DNA of 64,000 bases from a virus (IMGVR_UViG_2825252539_000001:64001-128000), one strand, 5' to 3'. Numbered from the stretch's first letter, positions 41,437 through 52,041 are shown. Translations and numbers: made by a program. The notes: generated by a model from the sequence alone, not told the origin.

Positions 41437-42552
41437 GTGGCGATTCCGTCAACAGGTACGAGCTGGAAAGATTCCGGCCTCTCGGACCACGACAACCGGT
41501 TCGGCATTCGTGGCACTCTTGCCGCGGTTATCATCCGCGACAACCGTGGTCCCGCTACCAATATCAGCCCTTGGGTCGAGGACGGTCTCGGCGGCATCGA
41601 GGAGAACTGGTCACCGTTCGCAGCGGACGGCAGCATTCGCGATGACCTGTTCCACACCATCCGTGTTAACGGTGAATGGATCACCAACCCGAACCCGAAC
41701 GAGGGTTTCTGGTTGATCGGCGCCGTGTCCGAAGACGGTGGCATCGAGCGTGAGCCGAAGATCACCCAGGACAACGTCAAGATCCTGCAGTCCACCGCGC
41801 CGTGGGACACCGACATCACCGAAGAGGACGTGACGGTCACCTTCACCGGTTACGAGACGCTCAAGCCTCTGCTGAACCGGCTGGAGATGAACCTGCCCCT
41901 GTCGGACTCGTCCGGTAACCCGATCGTCGAAGATCCGGGTACCAAGGGCTTCACGATCTCCAAGCCGGTGGATTACGATCCGCCGGACCGCCAGATCATC
42001 CTGATCTTTGGTAAGCGTCGCGCCGGCAAGCATATCTACACCGCAGAAGGCTACAGCCTCTGCAAGCTGTCGGATATCGGCAAGCGCACGCACTCGAAGA
42101 CCGACGAAGATGCTGCGTCGCTGAGCTTTACGGTTCTGCCCGACCCGTATCTGATGGATAAGGACGCTGCGAACCCTGGCTCCGACGAGCTGGTTCCGGC
42201 CCTGTGGACCAAGTGGACCGCGGGCGATGGCTGGACCGCAATCGGCGGTGTACCGGTATTCCCGGGTGCGGCCCCGACCGCGACCCAGACCGGCGCTACG
42301 ACCGCGACTGTCGCGTTTACCGCGGCAATCGGTGGCGGCGATCCGTTCGACTACACCGTGGAAAAGGCTGCCGGCCCGTCGTACTCGTCTTGGACGAACG
42401 CGACTGTTGGTTCGACCAGCGGCACGTCCACGGTCACGCTTGGCATCACCGGCCTGACCACCGCGACGTCGTACAAGTTCCGCGTCAAGGCGACTGGAAC
42501 CAACGGCAACAGCTCGACGTCCGCGAATTCCAACTCGGTCACCACTTCCTAA
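41437..42552 (+). CDS. Major tail protein with C-terminal fibronectin type III domain
   Basis: Synteny and strong codon bias; C-terminal ITGLTTATSYKFRVKATGTNG is an FN3 signature. GTG 41437 fits the SD GAAAGGAG spacing better than ATG 41431. Confidence 0.9.
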   Translation: MAIPSTGTSWKDSGLSDHDNRFGIRGTLAAVIIRDNRGPATNISPWVEDGLGGIEENWSPFAADGSIRDDLFHTIRVNGEWITNPNPNEGFWLIGAVSEDGGIEREPKITQDNVKILQSTAPWDTDITEEDVTVTFTGYETLKPLLNRLEMNLPLSDSSGNPIVEDPGTKGFTISKPVDYDPPDRQIILIFGKRRAGKHIYTAEGYSLCKLSDIGKRTHSKTDEDAASLSFTVLPDPYLMDKDAANPGSDELVPALWTKWTAGDGWTAIGGVPVFPGAAPTATQTGATTATVAFTAAIGGGDPFDYTVEKAAGPSYSSWTNATVGSTSGTSTVTLGITGLTTATSYKFRVKATGTNGNSSTSANSNSVTTS

Positions 42553-42559
42553 GCAGTAC

Positions 42560-42595
42560 CCCCGGCAGGCGTTCATCGGCTGGCGCCTGCCGGGG
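42560..42595 (+). terminator. Hairpin after the major tail gene (U-tract-less terminator or stabiliser)
   Basis: CCCCGGCAGGCG / CGCCTGCCGGGG 12-bp stem. Confidence 0.6.
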
Positions 42596-42637
42596 TGCTC
42601 CACCTTCAGCCGTCTCAAACCATTAGGGGAATAACCA

Positions 42638-43159
42638 ATGAAGCAGCCGAAATTCGAGAGCGCCGGTCCCGCAGAGGACGCGCGCCTTCAGGCTGAGATG
42701 TACGACAGCATTTTCTCTTCGACGCCACTGAAGCTCGACAACGGCGAGACTTTGATGATCCCGCCGCACCCGGACTTCGGCATGTTGGACGACGACCGCA
42801 TGGAGGACTACGAAGACCTCCTGATGGAGGTCGAGGACTATGACCGCGAGCCGGATGTCTTCATCCCGGAGCAGACGTTGTCCGATGGCGCCGTTGTTCC
42901 GTCGGAGACCATCAAGGGCCAGCTGAAGCGCCCCTTCCGCAAGGACGGCGTGCGCGTCAAGCCCGCGCATTCGGTGCGCCTGGTTCAGGCCGCTATCGGT
43001 CCGGATGACTACGCGAAGCTTCGTGCCGGCGGCAAGTCCGCGGCCGATGTCTGGAAGATCTGGGGCAAGCAGGGATTGGAGATCCAAGCACGCCGCGACC
43101 CCAAAAGTGAAGGAAGCGTTGTGGCTCTGGGTGCAGTTCCCGAGGCCGATAGCGAGTGA
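42638..43159 (+). CDS. Tail assembly chaperone (G-like)
   Basis: Located between major tail and tape measure; CCCAAAA at 43100-43106. Confidence 0.85.
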   Translation: MKQPKFESAGPAEDARLQAEMYDSIFSSTPLKLDNGETLMIPPHPDFGMLDDDRMEDYEDLLMEVEDYDREPDVFIPEQTLSDGAVVPSETIKGQLKRPFRKDGVRVKPAHSVRLVQAAIGPDDYAKLRAGGKSAADVWKIWGKQGLEIQARRDPKSEGSVVALGAVPEADSE

Positions 43160-43568
43160 CCTTTCGCGGTTTCACAACCGCCGAATAGCTGACTGGCACA
43201 GAGGTACTCGTGATGAGAACGGGTACCTCGTGCTCAGTAGCTATGAGCTTTTGGAGCTGTGCAATCAGCTCCCCGCCCAATCGGCCCTCAAGACCGCAAT
43301 CCGCGGCGGAGAGTGGTCGGAAGAAGAGGCGATGCGGGCCTTGACGGCAAATGAAACGTCAAGCCTACGAGCGATTCTGCAAGTCGTACACGGCGGCAAG
43401 TCCGGAGCGAAGCCTCCGTTGGTATTCCGTTCCGTCTCCGAGCGCGAGGAGCGCGAAGAGATCGACGAAGCAATCGAGGAAGCGCGCGAGAGCGTCTTCG
43501 ACTTCGCGGACTTCACATCCAAGGTCGTACCTCAACAAGTCGAAAGTGACGACGACGAAGACGAATAG
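43101..43568 (+). CDS. Tail assembly chaperone frameshift extension (T-like)
   Basis: Overlapping +1 frame reading PKVKEALWLW...IASDLSRFHNRRIADWHRG, with no SD/start of its own apparent. Confidence 0.8.
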   Translation, partial: PKVKEALWLWVQFPRPIASDLSRFHNRRIADWHRGTRDENGYLVLSSYELLELCNQLPAQSALKTAIRGGEWSEEEAMRALTANETSSLRAILQVVHGGKSGAKPPLVFRSVSEREEREEIDEAIEEARESVFDFADFTSKVVPQQVESDDDEDE

Positions 43569-43585
43569 CAACCAAGGGGGCGACT

Positions 43586-46500
43586 GTGGCAATCCATCTT
43601 GACATCATTGCCAGGCTGCAAGAACGCCGCCTCCGGCGCGATGCGGACCGAATGGCTCGCGATCTCGAACGAATGGGTGACGAGCACAACCGCGCCTATT
43701 CCCGCGGCATGGGCCAGAATCCGGATCGCATCAACGACGCACTCCGTCCCGACGCCGCACAGCTTCGGCGCGACTTTGAGCGCTTGGGCATGTCGATCTC
43801 GGACTCGGTTGCTGACGGTATCGCCCGTCACCGCCCGCGCGTGCGGCAAGAGATGGAACGCACGATTCGCGCGTCGGACAATCTCAACGATCGCGAGCGG
43901 AATCTCCGCAGCGCCATGCAGTCTCGCCAGCGGTTGGCCGAACAGATTGCTCGTGACGAACGCTTCGTCACCGAGGAGCTGCAGCGTCGTGCACGCGTCG
44001 TCGATCAGCTGACATCCCTGCAGGACCGCTTGAACGCGGCCCGGGATGCTGAAGCTCGGATTGCCGAGGATGTTGCACGTCGCAAGCGTGACGTCGAGTC
44101 GCGGATGCAGCGAAGCAGGTCTTCGGACAGCCTTATGGCTAGCAACTCCGACCGCGAGCGCGAGCTTCGGGAACTTGAGGATGCGACGCGAGAGCTGGGT
44201 GACGCACAACGGGACCTGGCCGAACGCTCACGTGAGGTCGAAGACATCGAGAATCGAGTCAACGACACTCGGCGCGAGTCGAGCAATAGCGCACACGATC
44301 TCGCTGACGCGAACGAGCGACTGCTTAATAGCCAGGATCGCCTAGAGCGTTCTGACCGCGACATCATCCGACGTAGCGAGTCGATTCGCCGAGCACACCG
44401 CGACCGTGCAAACGCACTGATGAATTTGCGCGATGCAATGACGAATCAGGGCCGCTCTGGTGGCGGTGGTGGAGGCGGCGGGGGAGGCGGAGGCCGATTT
44501 AGCCAACGGGCTAGTTCGTTCTTCTCGTCGTTCCCTGGCATCCCCGCATCGTTGCCTCCGATTATCGGCGGCACCCTGCTCGTCACCATGATCGGTGAGA
44601 TCGGCGTCCTTGCAAAGGCTGTCGTCACCGCGTCACAGTCCCTGTGGCTTCTGCCAGCTGCCGCAACGGCCGCGGGCGCCGGCTTCGGCACCCTGACGCT
44701 AGCTACGCACGGCTTCGACCAGGCCCTCAAAGACATGGGCGACCCGGAGAAGTTCGCACAGTCACTACAGAGCCTCTCTCCGAATGCGCAGCAGGCGGCC
44801 CTTTCGATCCAGGCCTTGGCGAAGGGTCCTCTGCACGACCTGCAGCAGAGTGCTCAAAACAACCTGTTCGACGGTGTTGGTGAGCAACTGTTCCGCGTGT
44901 CCGAGAGGTTCACCGCGCCCATCAAGGGCTTGACGGACAGCATTGCATCGTCGTTCAACGGCATGTTCAAGGGCATCGTCGATCAGTTGATGACGCCCGA
45001 GACGACGTCGGCGATTCAGAACATCATCAACAACGTTCGCGAGTTCTTCAAAGAGCTGCAGCCCGTGGGTGCTTCGCTCACGCGGGCATTCGCCGATATC
45101 GCGTCGACCGGATCGGACTTCCTTCCGGGCCTGGCGCGCGGCATCGCTGACGCGGCAAAGAACTTCGCAGATTTCATCCACAACGCACAACAGAGCGGCA
45201 AGCTCCGCGAGTGGATTGACGACGGTATCAAGGCTCTGAGTGAGCTGGCCAAGGCCGTCTGGGACGTCGGCAAGTACTTGTACGACGCATTCTCGGTCGA
45301 CGATATCAACGAATTCAAGACCGGCCTAATGGATCTCGTCGATCTGATCGGCTTTGTCGCTGACGTTGTCAGCGCGCTGGGCACGGCGACGAACACCACC
45401 ATCGGGTTCATCAACGATATCCCTGAAGCGACCCAAACCGCGATCAACGTCTTGATCAGCATGATGAACAAGGCCAAGGACGCGATCCTGGGCGGACTGG
45501 CGTGGCCGTTCAAGAAGGTCATAGACCTACTGAACAACATCCCTGGCGTCAACATCCCCAACAACAGCCCGTGGGAGAACTGGAACATCCCCCAGATCCC
45601 CGACGGGGCATGGGGTGACTGGAGTTCGCCGGGTAGTCGTGGCGGAGGTCGTCCCGGAGGTCCGTTCGGCACGCAGGGCACCCCCGATAGGCGTGTCCGT
45701 GGTAGCGACGGCGGGTTCTACAACCCCGTACAGCCAGGAACCGTTGGCTCCGTGCCGATTCCAGGCACCAATCAGTGGGGTATTCGCGACGACTCCGGCA
45801 GTGTCTCCTCGAACAGTCTGGGGCGCCTGCATGAGCAGGTTCCGAGCGACGGCCCCAGTAACTACCCGGGGCCGTTCCCCGTCCCCGGCGCTCCGGACAA
45901 GCGAAGCGACAAAGATCGGCGCGACGCCTTCTGGAACACGCACGATCCGAATCAATTCCTCCCTCCGGAACTTCAGGGCATCAATCCGGGAGATCTGCCG
46001 AACATCGGACCGTCCAGCGCAGCGATGCCTGCCGGTGGTGGTGGCACGGCCGGCGGCAACCTCGCCGCGATGTACGCCCTCGCACAGGGCGCCTCGGGCC
46101 GGACGGCTTATGCCGCGGCATCGGATCTCGCTAACGGGCTTGCCGACTGCTCGGGTTCTGTTTCTGACCTGTATGAGGTACTGACTCGGGGCGCAGCATC
46201 ACCTGAGCGGATGTTCACTACGACGAACTTCGCTAGCGATGCAGAAGCGGCGAAACTCGGCTTCCTTCCGGGCTTCATGCCTGGCGCGTTCAACATCGGC
46301 GTCAATCCGTACCCGGGACAGAGCGGCCACATGGCTGCGACTCTCCCGAACGGTGTCAACTTCGAAGGTGGCGGTGGAACCGGTGGCGGTGCACAGTACG
46401 GCGGTAACGCTGCCGGCGCGCTCAGCTCCCAGTTTCAAAAGCACTACTACCTTCCCGTAGGCGCTAACGGCAATCAGCCGCCCGTCTACTTCGGTACCGA

Positions 46501-48433
46501 CGGAAAGCCCTACTCCCAGCCGAGGTACGGCTACTACGACGTCGACCAGAGCAAGATCGCCGACGCTGCTCACGATGTGTGGCAGCAGGGCATTGATCTG
46601 CGCGACGCTCGCATGAACGAGGCGTTCGTCAATCAAGATCCGGGCGCTTCGGTCAAGGAGCGGTCCGACGCTCACGAGAAGGTCATCGAAGAGGGCTGGC
46701 AGTACAACAAGGCGCTGCAGAAACTCAACGAGGCTCAACAGGGCACCTGGCGAAAGCTCAGCGATTCGGCCACCAGCATGGCCGACGGTATGCAGCAGAT
46801 CGGCGCCAAGCTCGACGAGGACTTCGGTATCTCCAAGGGTTTGCCTGGCATCTTCGAGAATCTGACGAAGCTGCTAGCCAACCTGGCTATGGCGCCCGTT
46901 ATTGGCGCGCTGTCTGGCGTGACGAAGTCCTTCGGTACGGCCGGCCCTGGTACCGGTCTCTTGGGGTCGTTGGCCCCGCGCGAGAACATGTACGGCCAGT
47001 TGATGCCAAACGCCCTCGGGCAGACCCTGCCGCTGAATAACCAGAGCCTTCCACCGGGTGCTCCGTACGGAGGTACGCCCACCACAGGAACGCCTTATGG
47101 TGGGACGCCCACTTCCGGTTCTCCCTATGGCGGGACACCCACTGCGGGTAGTCCGAGCGGACCGGGCATTGGAATGCAGCCTCAATCCCCGGGTATCGGC
47201 ATGCAGCCTGGTTCCACGCCGAGCTATGCGCCGCTCACGCCCGATCAGTTGACTAATCCGGGCTTGACGAATCCGACGCCCATGACACCTCACGGGTTTA
47301 TGGGCAACGGTGGCGACACGGGCGGGTTCTTCTCCGCGTACAGGTCGGCCGCCGCAGCCGGAAACCTTCTCGGTGCTGCTCGACGCAGCCTCGGTGGAGG
47401 GGATGCGAGTGCCGGAAACTTCAACCCGGGCATGCGAATTGACACCAGCAACGCGTCAGTTGCTCCGCCCTTTAATCCGAACGGGCTAGATCCCAACACC
47501 CTTTCATGGGGATTGAACGACGGTGAAGCAACGCCTGGCGAGGGAACTCCCGGGTGGAACCCGATCACAGGTCCAGTCACGGCCCGCGGGCTCGGAACTG
47601 GAGCTACCCCGATGGGTGGCGGTGCGATGGGGCCTTTGGGCTTCGGCGGATTCGATCCGACGCAGCCTGGCAACGGGAATCTTCCGGGTCAGATTGGGCC
47701 GTTCCCTGTCCCGGGCTCGATCTCGTCTGCGTCGGCTGCCGGCATGGCCGGAGCTGGGATTCTCGGTGGCGCGAGAGCGTCTTATAACCCTGGCTCACCT
47801 TTACAGCTGCCAAACCAAACCGGAACCTGGAACACCCCTTCGAGGGGTATTCCGCTCGGGGAGGGTATGCCGCAATCTCCCGGTATCGGGCTTAGCGGCG
47901 GCGGGTTGCTCGGCATGGTTGGCTCGTCGATTTCCTCGGGAATCGCTATGGCCGGCATGGCTGGGTCTATGGGCATGGACGGTGGCGCGGGTGGGGCTTT
48001 GGCCTCCGCCGCGGCGCAGATCGGTATCGATGAGATCAACCGAGCGATCAGCTTCGGTGCTCAAGCGGCCGGCATCGGCGTCCAGGGTCTCATGGAGACC
48101 TTCCTGCCTGTCGAGAGCAAGCTAGCCGACCCGACACGCGGTTGGTTCGGCCGAATCCTCGGCGGCGTCGCAGGAATTCGTCCCGTTGCAGACAACCTGG
48201 CCGGCGTCCTGAAGGGCGGCGGAAAGGGTGACCGCCCGGGCGAGGGCGACATGCCTCTCACACCTGAGCAGGTCGCAGCGCAGAAGGCGCAGGACGCTGC
48301 AGCGAATCCCAACAACAGCAATGTCACCAACAACATCGACGTCAACGCCGAGCTTCACGGGGCTCCGGATGCCAACGCCGAAGCGCTACAGAACCTTACG
48401 TGGCGCGCGGCAGCTCCGCCAGGCGGTCGATAA
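43586..48433 (+). CDS. Tape measure protein with internal NlpC/P60-like motif
   Basis: 1615 aa, Ala/Gly-rich and helical; DCSGSVS...GHMAATLPNGVNFE at ~46140-46370. Confidence 0.93.
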   Translation: MAIHLDIIARLQERRLRRDADRMARDLERMGDEHNRAYSRGMGQNPDRINDALRPDAAQLRRDFERLGMSISDSVADGIARHRPRVRQEMERTIRASDNLNDRERNLRSAMQSRQRLAEQIARDERFVTEELQRRARVVDQLTSLQDRLNAARDAEARIAEDVARRKRDVESRMQRSRSSDSLMASNSDRERELRELEDATRELGDAQRDLAERSREVEDIENRVNDTRRESSNSAHDLADANERLLNSQDRLERSDRDIIRRSESIRRAHRDRANALMNLRDAMTNQGRSGGGGGGGGGGGGRFSQRASSFFSSFPGIPASLPPIIGGTLLVTMIGEIGVLAKAVVTASQSLWLLPAAATAAGAGFGTLTLATHGFDQALKDMGDPEKFAQSLQSLSPNAQQAALSIQALAKGPLHDLQQSAQNNLFDGVGEQLFRVSERFTAPIKGLTDSIASSFNGMFKGIVDQLMTPETTSAIQNIINNVREFFKELQPVGASLTRAFADIASTGSDFLPGLARGIADAAKNFADFIHNAQQSGKLREWIDDGIKALSELAKAVWDVGKYLYDAFSVDDINEFKTGLMDLVDLIGFVADVVSALGTATNTTIGFINDIPEATQTAINVLISMMNKAKDAILGGLAWPFKKVIDLLNNIPGVNIPNNSPWENWNIPQIPDGAWGDWSSPGSRGGGRPGGPFGTQGTPDRRVRGSDGGFYNPVQPGTVGSVPIPGTNQWGIRDDSGSVSSNSLGRLHEQVPSDGPSNYPGPFPVPGAPDKRSDKDRRDAFWNTHDPNQFLPPELQGINPGDLPNIGPSSAAMPAGGGGTAGGNLAAMYALAQGASGRTAYAAASDLANGLADCSGSVSDLYEVLTRGAASPERMFTTTNFASDAEAAKLGFLPGFMPGAFNIGVNPYPGQSGHMAATLPNGVNFEGGGGTGGGAQYGGNAAGALSSQFQKHYYLPVGANGNQPPVYFGTDGKPYSQPRYGYYDVDQSKIADAAHDVWQQGIDLRDARMNEAFVNQDPGASVKERSDAHEKVIEEGWQYNKALQKLNEAQQGTWRKLSDSATSMADGMQQIGAKLDEDFGISKGLPGIFENLTKLLANLAMAPVIGALSGVTKSFGTAGPGTGLLGSLAPRENMYGQLMPNALGQTLPLNNQSLPPGAPYGGTPTTGTPYGGTPTSGSPYGGTPTAGSPSGPGIGMQPQSPGIGMQPGSTPSYAPLTPDQLTNPGLTNPTPMTPHGFMGNGGDTGGFFSAYRSAAAAGNLLGAARRSLGGGDASAGNFNPGMRIDTSNASVAPPFNPNGLDPNTLSWGLNDGEATPGEGTPGWNPITGPVTARGLGTGATPMGGGAMGPLGFGGFDPTQPGNGNLPGQIGPFPVPGSISSASAAGMAGAGILGGARASYNPGSPLQLPNQTGTWNTPSRGIPLGEGMPQSPGIGLSGGGLLGMVGSSISSGIAMAGMAGSMGMDGGAGGALASAAAQIGIDEINRAISFGAQAAGIGVQGLMETFLPVESKLADPTRGWFGRILGGVAGIRPVADNLAGVLKGGGKGDRPGEGDMPLTPEQVAAQKAQDAAANPNNSNVTNNIDVNAELHGAPDANAEALQNLTWRAAAPPGGR
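47063..47152 (+). repeat. Three 30-nt coding repeats (PYGGTPTxGx) in the tape measure gene
   Basis: PYGGTPTTGT / PYGGTPTSGS / PYGGTPTAGS, followed by PGIGMQP twice. Confidence 0.85.
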
Positions 48434-48476
48434 GAGGCCGGAACCGGGTGAAGAAGTCTTTCACCCGGTCCGCCTC
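48434..48476 (+). terminator. Strong hairpin between tape measure and minor tail genes
   Basis: ACCGGGTGAA / TTCACCCGGT stem with outer GAGGC / GCCTC. Confidence 0.55.
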
Positions 48477-48491
48477 GCACTACAAAAATGA

Positions 48492-50831
48492 ATGGGGGAC
48501 ACCTTGCCATATCCGGTGAAGCAATACCCCGACTATGTCACGCCGCACGGCGAGTACCACATCTTCAAGGGCCGCATCCCGCAGGTTGTTCTTACGGCGC
48601 ATGACGAATCGGTGGAATTTCACCTGATGGGCGGTCGATCCATAGTCGACCATGTCAACCCGGAATCGGTACGGCTCAAAGATATCAAGGGCCTTGTCGC
48701 GCCGTGGAAGACGATCGATCAGAAGGGCGCCACCCAGGACGGCATCACTTTCGTTACCTCCCTTGGTGATCCAATCAAGATTGAAGCGGTCGTCGAGGCT
48801 CGCGGCCGAGATCCGCAGCGCTGCCGCGAGGTGTACAACGACCTTGTCGCCTCGCTTGATAGTGAGAAGACAGGGACTCTTTCGTTCTACACCCATGAGC
48901 AGGGCCGCTGGTGGGGTGATGTCCGCTGGCTAGAAGCGCCCGACGAGAACCTGGAGAAGATCCAGGTCCCTCGCCAGCAGGTAACACTGAAACTACGTGT
49001 CGACGACGGCTTTTGGCGCTCGGACACCGACACCGACTCCTTCGGATTCTCGTATGACGATATGAAGGACACCTTCGACGTCAGCTACAAGAACCGGCAG
49101 ACCCTCGGTCCCAAGTGGCCACAGTATTACGACCCCGTGGGTATCGGATTCTGCTACGCCGACAACGGTCGAGCGATTTGGAATGACGATCCCGAACAGA
49201 TCTTCTTCACTGGTACCAAGTCCGTCATATGTGGTCCATTCAAGGACTACTCAGCGGCAGCTGACGACGTCGATGTCTCCATCAAGTTCAACAATACCCC
49301 GGAGTATACGACGGGATCTGGTGCGGCCAACGATATTTGGGCGCGCATGGGTCGCAACCTCGACGGGACGTGGAACGGATACGGCGTTCGGGCGCGTATC
49401 GGTTGGGGCTATATCCGGATCTCGTACTTCATCAATTTCGAAGAACACGTCATGCAGGACACGTTCGCGCTCATCCCGCCCCTTGCTGGCGAGATCTGGA
49501 CCCTGCGCTGCACTGGACGAAACTTTCAAGTGCGTCGCAGTGGCACTACGGTTCGCGAACACACCGAGGTTGGCACTAACTCATACCTTGGCGTTAACTA
49601 CCGGGGGGTCGGCTTCGGTATGCAGGCCGGCGCCGCAGTCGTCACTCAAGCAACGCCGGGTGCCATCCATAGCATCTCGGTCGACTCCAGCTTGTTAGAT
49701 CCCTTCGACGACGACTACAGCCCCGGATTGGGTCCTGATTGGCCGCTGTACTACATCGGCCGTGGAAAGTCGTTCATTCGCGCTCATGGCAGCCACGCGG
49801 AGTGGATCGACAACGGCGACACAGACACTCAGGTGGTTGTCAACGGTCCGTACGAGGATTTCAATACCGCAACCAACAACCAAGTCATCAACATGGTCCT
49901 TGGTTCGTTCCAGGAGTTGTCGTATCCCGATTCCGGTGCCAACGACCTCTGGGGGCGCATGGGCCGCAACGTCGATGGCAGTTGGAACGGCGACGGCATC
50001 CGGATGCGGATCGAGAACGTCACCGTATCGCTCACACGATTCAACAACTTCGTCCCGACACTGATGCGGTCACGCGTGATCCTCCCGCCGGCCCCCGGTG
50101 ACAAGTTCACGTTGATCTGCGGTGACGAGGGTAACGAACGCCAATTCCGCGTACGACGCAATGGTTCAGATGTTCTCGTTCACAAAGAGACCGACGAGGG
50201 CTCCATGGTGGGGTCTGATTACCGCGGTGTCGGCTTCGGCATGAAGGCCGGCGGAGCTGCAATCACGCAGGCAACCCCCGCGAACGTCAAAGAGATTACG
50301 GCTGGCGACAACTCAACCGTGAGTCAGACGGGGTTCCTGTATCGCAAAAACTGTGGCGATCAGCCCATGTACGACGACTACATCGTCTTCGGGCCGGGAA
50401 CCTTCCGAATCTGGAACGGTCCCAACGCAGGTCCCAACGACTACGTCGAGTTCGGTCCGCTGCTTCCTAACCAGATCATGTATCTGCGAACGCATCCCGG
50501 CAAGAGGTCTGTAGAGGATCTCACCGTCAAGCCGGCAACCCCGCAAGAGCAAGCGCTCGTCGATGCCGCACTCAAGCAGTACTTGTCATTCGCGTTCGGC
50601 AATAACGTGCCGGCGCTTGTGAAAGCGTCGATATCAAAGTTCGGAACCGCTACTGCGCAGGGCAATCCGTACACCCTGCTTACCGGTAGGTGGTCCGACG
50701 ACTGTGCCATTCCGGCGAAATCACCTGGCAATCCGCAAAAGACGTACTCCGTCAAGGTCCAGATCGACAACGGGTCAGTGGACTCGCACATCATCGCGTC
50801 CGGAGTTCCGTTGCGGCGCTATCCAATGTAG
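48492..50831 (+). CDS. Minor tail protein (distal-tail-like) with duplicated internal domain
   Basis: First gene after the tape measure; two copies of LGPxWPxYY...NDxWxRMGRN..GxWNG.G.R...YRGVGFGM.AG. Confidence 0.85.
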   Translation: MGDTLPYPVKQYPDYVTPHGEYHIFKGRIPQVVLTAHDESVEFHLMGGRSIVDHVNPESVRLKDIKGLVAPWKTIDQKGATQDGITFVTSLGDPIKIEAVVEARGRDPQRCREVYNDLVASLDSEKTGTLSFYTHEQGRWWGDVRWLEAPDENLEKIQVPRQQVTLKLRVDDGFWRSDTDTDSFGFSYDDMKDTFDVSYKNRQTLGPKWPQYYDPVGIGFCYADNGRAIWNDDPEQIFFTGTKSVICGPFKDYSAAADDVDVSIKFNNTPEYTTGSGAANDIWARMGRNLDGTWNGYGVRARIGWGYIRISYFINFEEHVMQDTFALIPPLAGEIWTLRCTGRNFQVRRSGTTVREHTEVGTNSYLGVNYRGVGFGMQAGAAVVTQATPGAIHSISVDSSLLDPFDDDYSPGLGPDWPLYYIGRGKSFIRAHGSHAEWIDNGDTDTQVVVNGPYEDFNTATNNQVINMVLGSFQELSYPDSGANDLWGRMGRNVDGSWNGDGIRMRIENVTVSLTRFNNFVPTLMRSRVILPPAPGDKFTLICGDEGNERQFRVRRNGSDVLVHKETDEGSMVGSDYRGVGFGMKAGGAAITQATPANVKEITAGDNSTVSQTGFLYRKNCGDQPMYDDYIVFGPGTFRIWNGPNAGPNDYVEFGPLLPNQIMYLRTHPGKRSVEDLTVKPATPQEQALVDAALKQYLSFAFGNNVPALVKASISKFGTATAQGNPYTLLTGRWSDDCAIPAKSPGNPQKTYSVKVQIDNGSVDSHIIASGVPLRRYPM

Positions 50832-50844
50832 AAGGGGGGTGTAG

Positions 50845-52041
50845 GTGGACGAGAGTCCAGACGCCGTCCTGCAACGTTGGCTCGCTGATCTGAGGTCTGG
50901 CGATGCAACCCGAATCGCCGATTCTGCCCGAACCTTTGCCGACTCAAAGAGCGATCCGCTCAAGGACTTCCGATTTACCGTCTGCGACAAGTTCTGGCAG
51001 CCAATCGCCGAGATAGGCGACGACATTATGGAGGCCGCGGGGACTGATCCCCGCAATAACCTGGGATCGGCCCACCTGAAGATCAAGGGCACCTCGAAAT
51101 ACATCGCGACCTTCCAGAACTGCAAGAACACGATGGTCGGCGTCATCGTCGAAACAAAGGGCGCCCGATGGGCGTTCTATGTCGATTCGTTCGACTACGA
51201 ATTCGCCGACGGGGCCTGGACGGGAACGGTCAACCTCACCTCGATCTGGGACATCCTGAACTATCTGGTCATCTGGCCAGAGTGGTATCTACCGATTCAG
51301 GCTCAACCGGTCTCGCACGCAATCTATTTCGGCGGCATGGTGACCTGCATTCAGGCAATGGTCGCCGAGCAGGCGCTTCGAATCCAATCCGGTCTCAACG
51401 AGTTCATCAACAACCTGCTGTCCGGCAACCTGGACATGCGGTCATGGGTGGACACGCTACTGCAGAACAACGGCAATCTCAGCTCGATCCTGAAGACGCC
51501 TATCTACGTATGTCGAGACAACCCGTTGGCAGACGGTTCGCCCCTACTGGTGCGTACCGTTCGAATGGAAACGGTCGGCGCTGTCGTCAAGGACATCACC
51601 AAACCGTACGGTGTGGACGTTCGCGTTGACCTTTGGATTCCTGGTGACCCACAACCGGATCACTGGACCAACACGATCGACTTCTTGAAACTGAATCAGC
51701 CCACATACGTTGTGTCGGTCAAGGACCGGTCGCAGATCAAGGGTCCGTTCGGGAACGTTCTGGACTCGGTCCTGCGCGAGGTCGTGGACCTCGGCGGTTC
51801 AATTATCGGCGACATCATCAAGCCGTTGATCAGCAAGGTCCCTGGCATGGACGGTGTATTCCGTTCGCCGGCACTGGGTGTGGATTACGTCCCGCCCTGG
51901 GCAACGATTGTCGCCCCCGAACCGGGCGAGAAAAGCCCGCTGGTTACGTGCAAGATTTCAGATCACACGCCCCGCGGTTGGCAACACGTGGTCGGAGGAC
52001 GATCGCCTGCGTGGGTCGGTGCCCCTTGGCTTAATCGCTAA
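50845..52041 (+). CDS. Minor tail protein, N-terminal part (interrupted gene)
   Basis: Typical second minor tail gene; ends GGRSPAWVGAPWLNR* inside a hairpin. Confidence 0.85.
   Translation: MDESPDAVLQRWLADLRSGDATRIADSARTFADSKSDPLKDFRFTVCDKFWQPIAEIGDDIMEAAGTDPRNNLGSAHLKIKGTSKYIATFQNCKNTMVGVIVETKGARWAFYVDSFDYEFADGAWTGTVNLTSIWDILNYLVIWPEWYLPIQAQPVSHAIYFGGMVTCIQAMVAEQALRIQSGLNEFINNLLSGNLDMRSWVDTLLQNNGNLSSILKTPIYVCRDNPLADGSPLLVRTVRMETVGAVVKDITKPYGVDVRVDLWIPGDPQPDHWTNTIDFLKLNQPTYVVSVKDRSQIKGPFGNVLDSVLREVVDLGGSIIGDIIKPLISKVPGMDGVFRSPALGVDYVPPWATIVAPEPGEKSPLVTCKISDHTPRGWQHVVGGRSPAWVGAPWLNR

Noticed and set aside
44458-44495. G-rich run as a regulatory repeat or G-quadruplex
   Set aside because: Explained as a poly-Gly linker in the tape measure protein with mixed codons.
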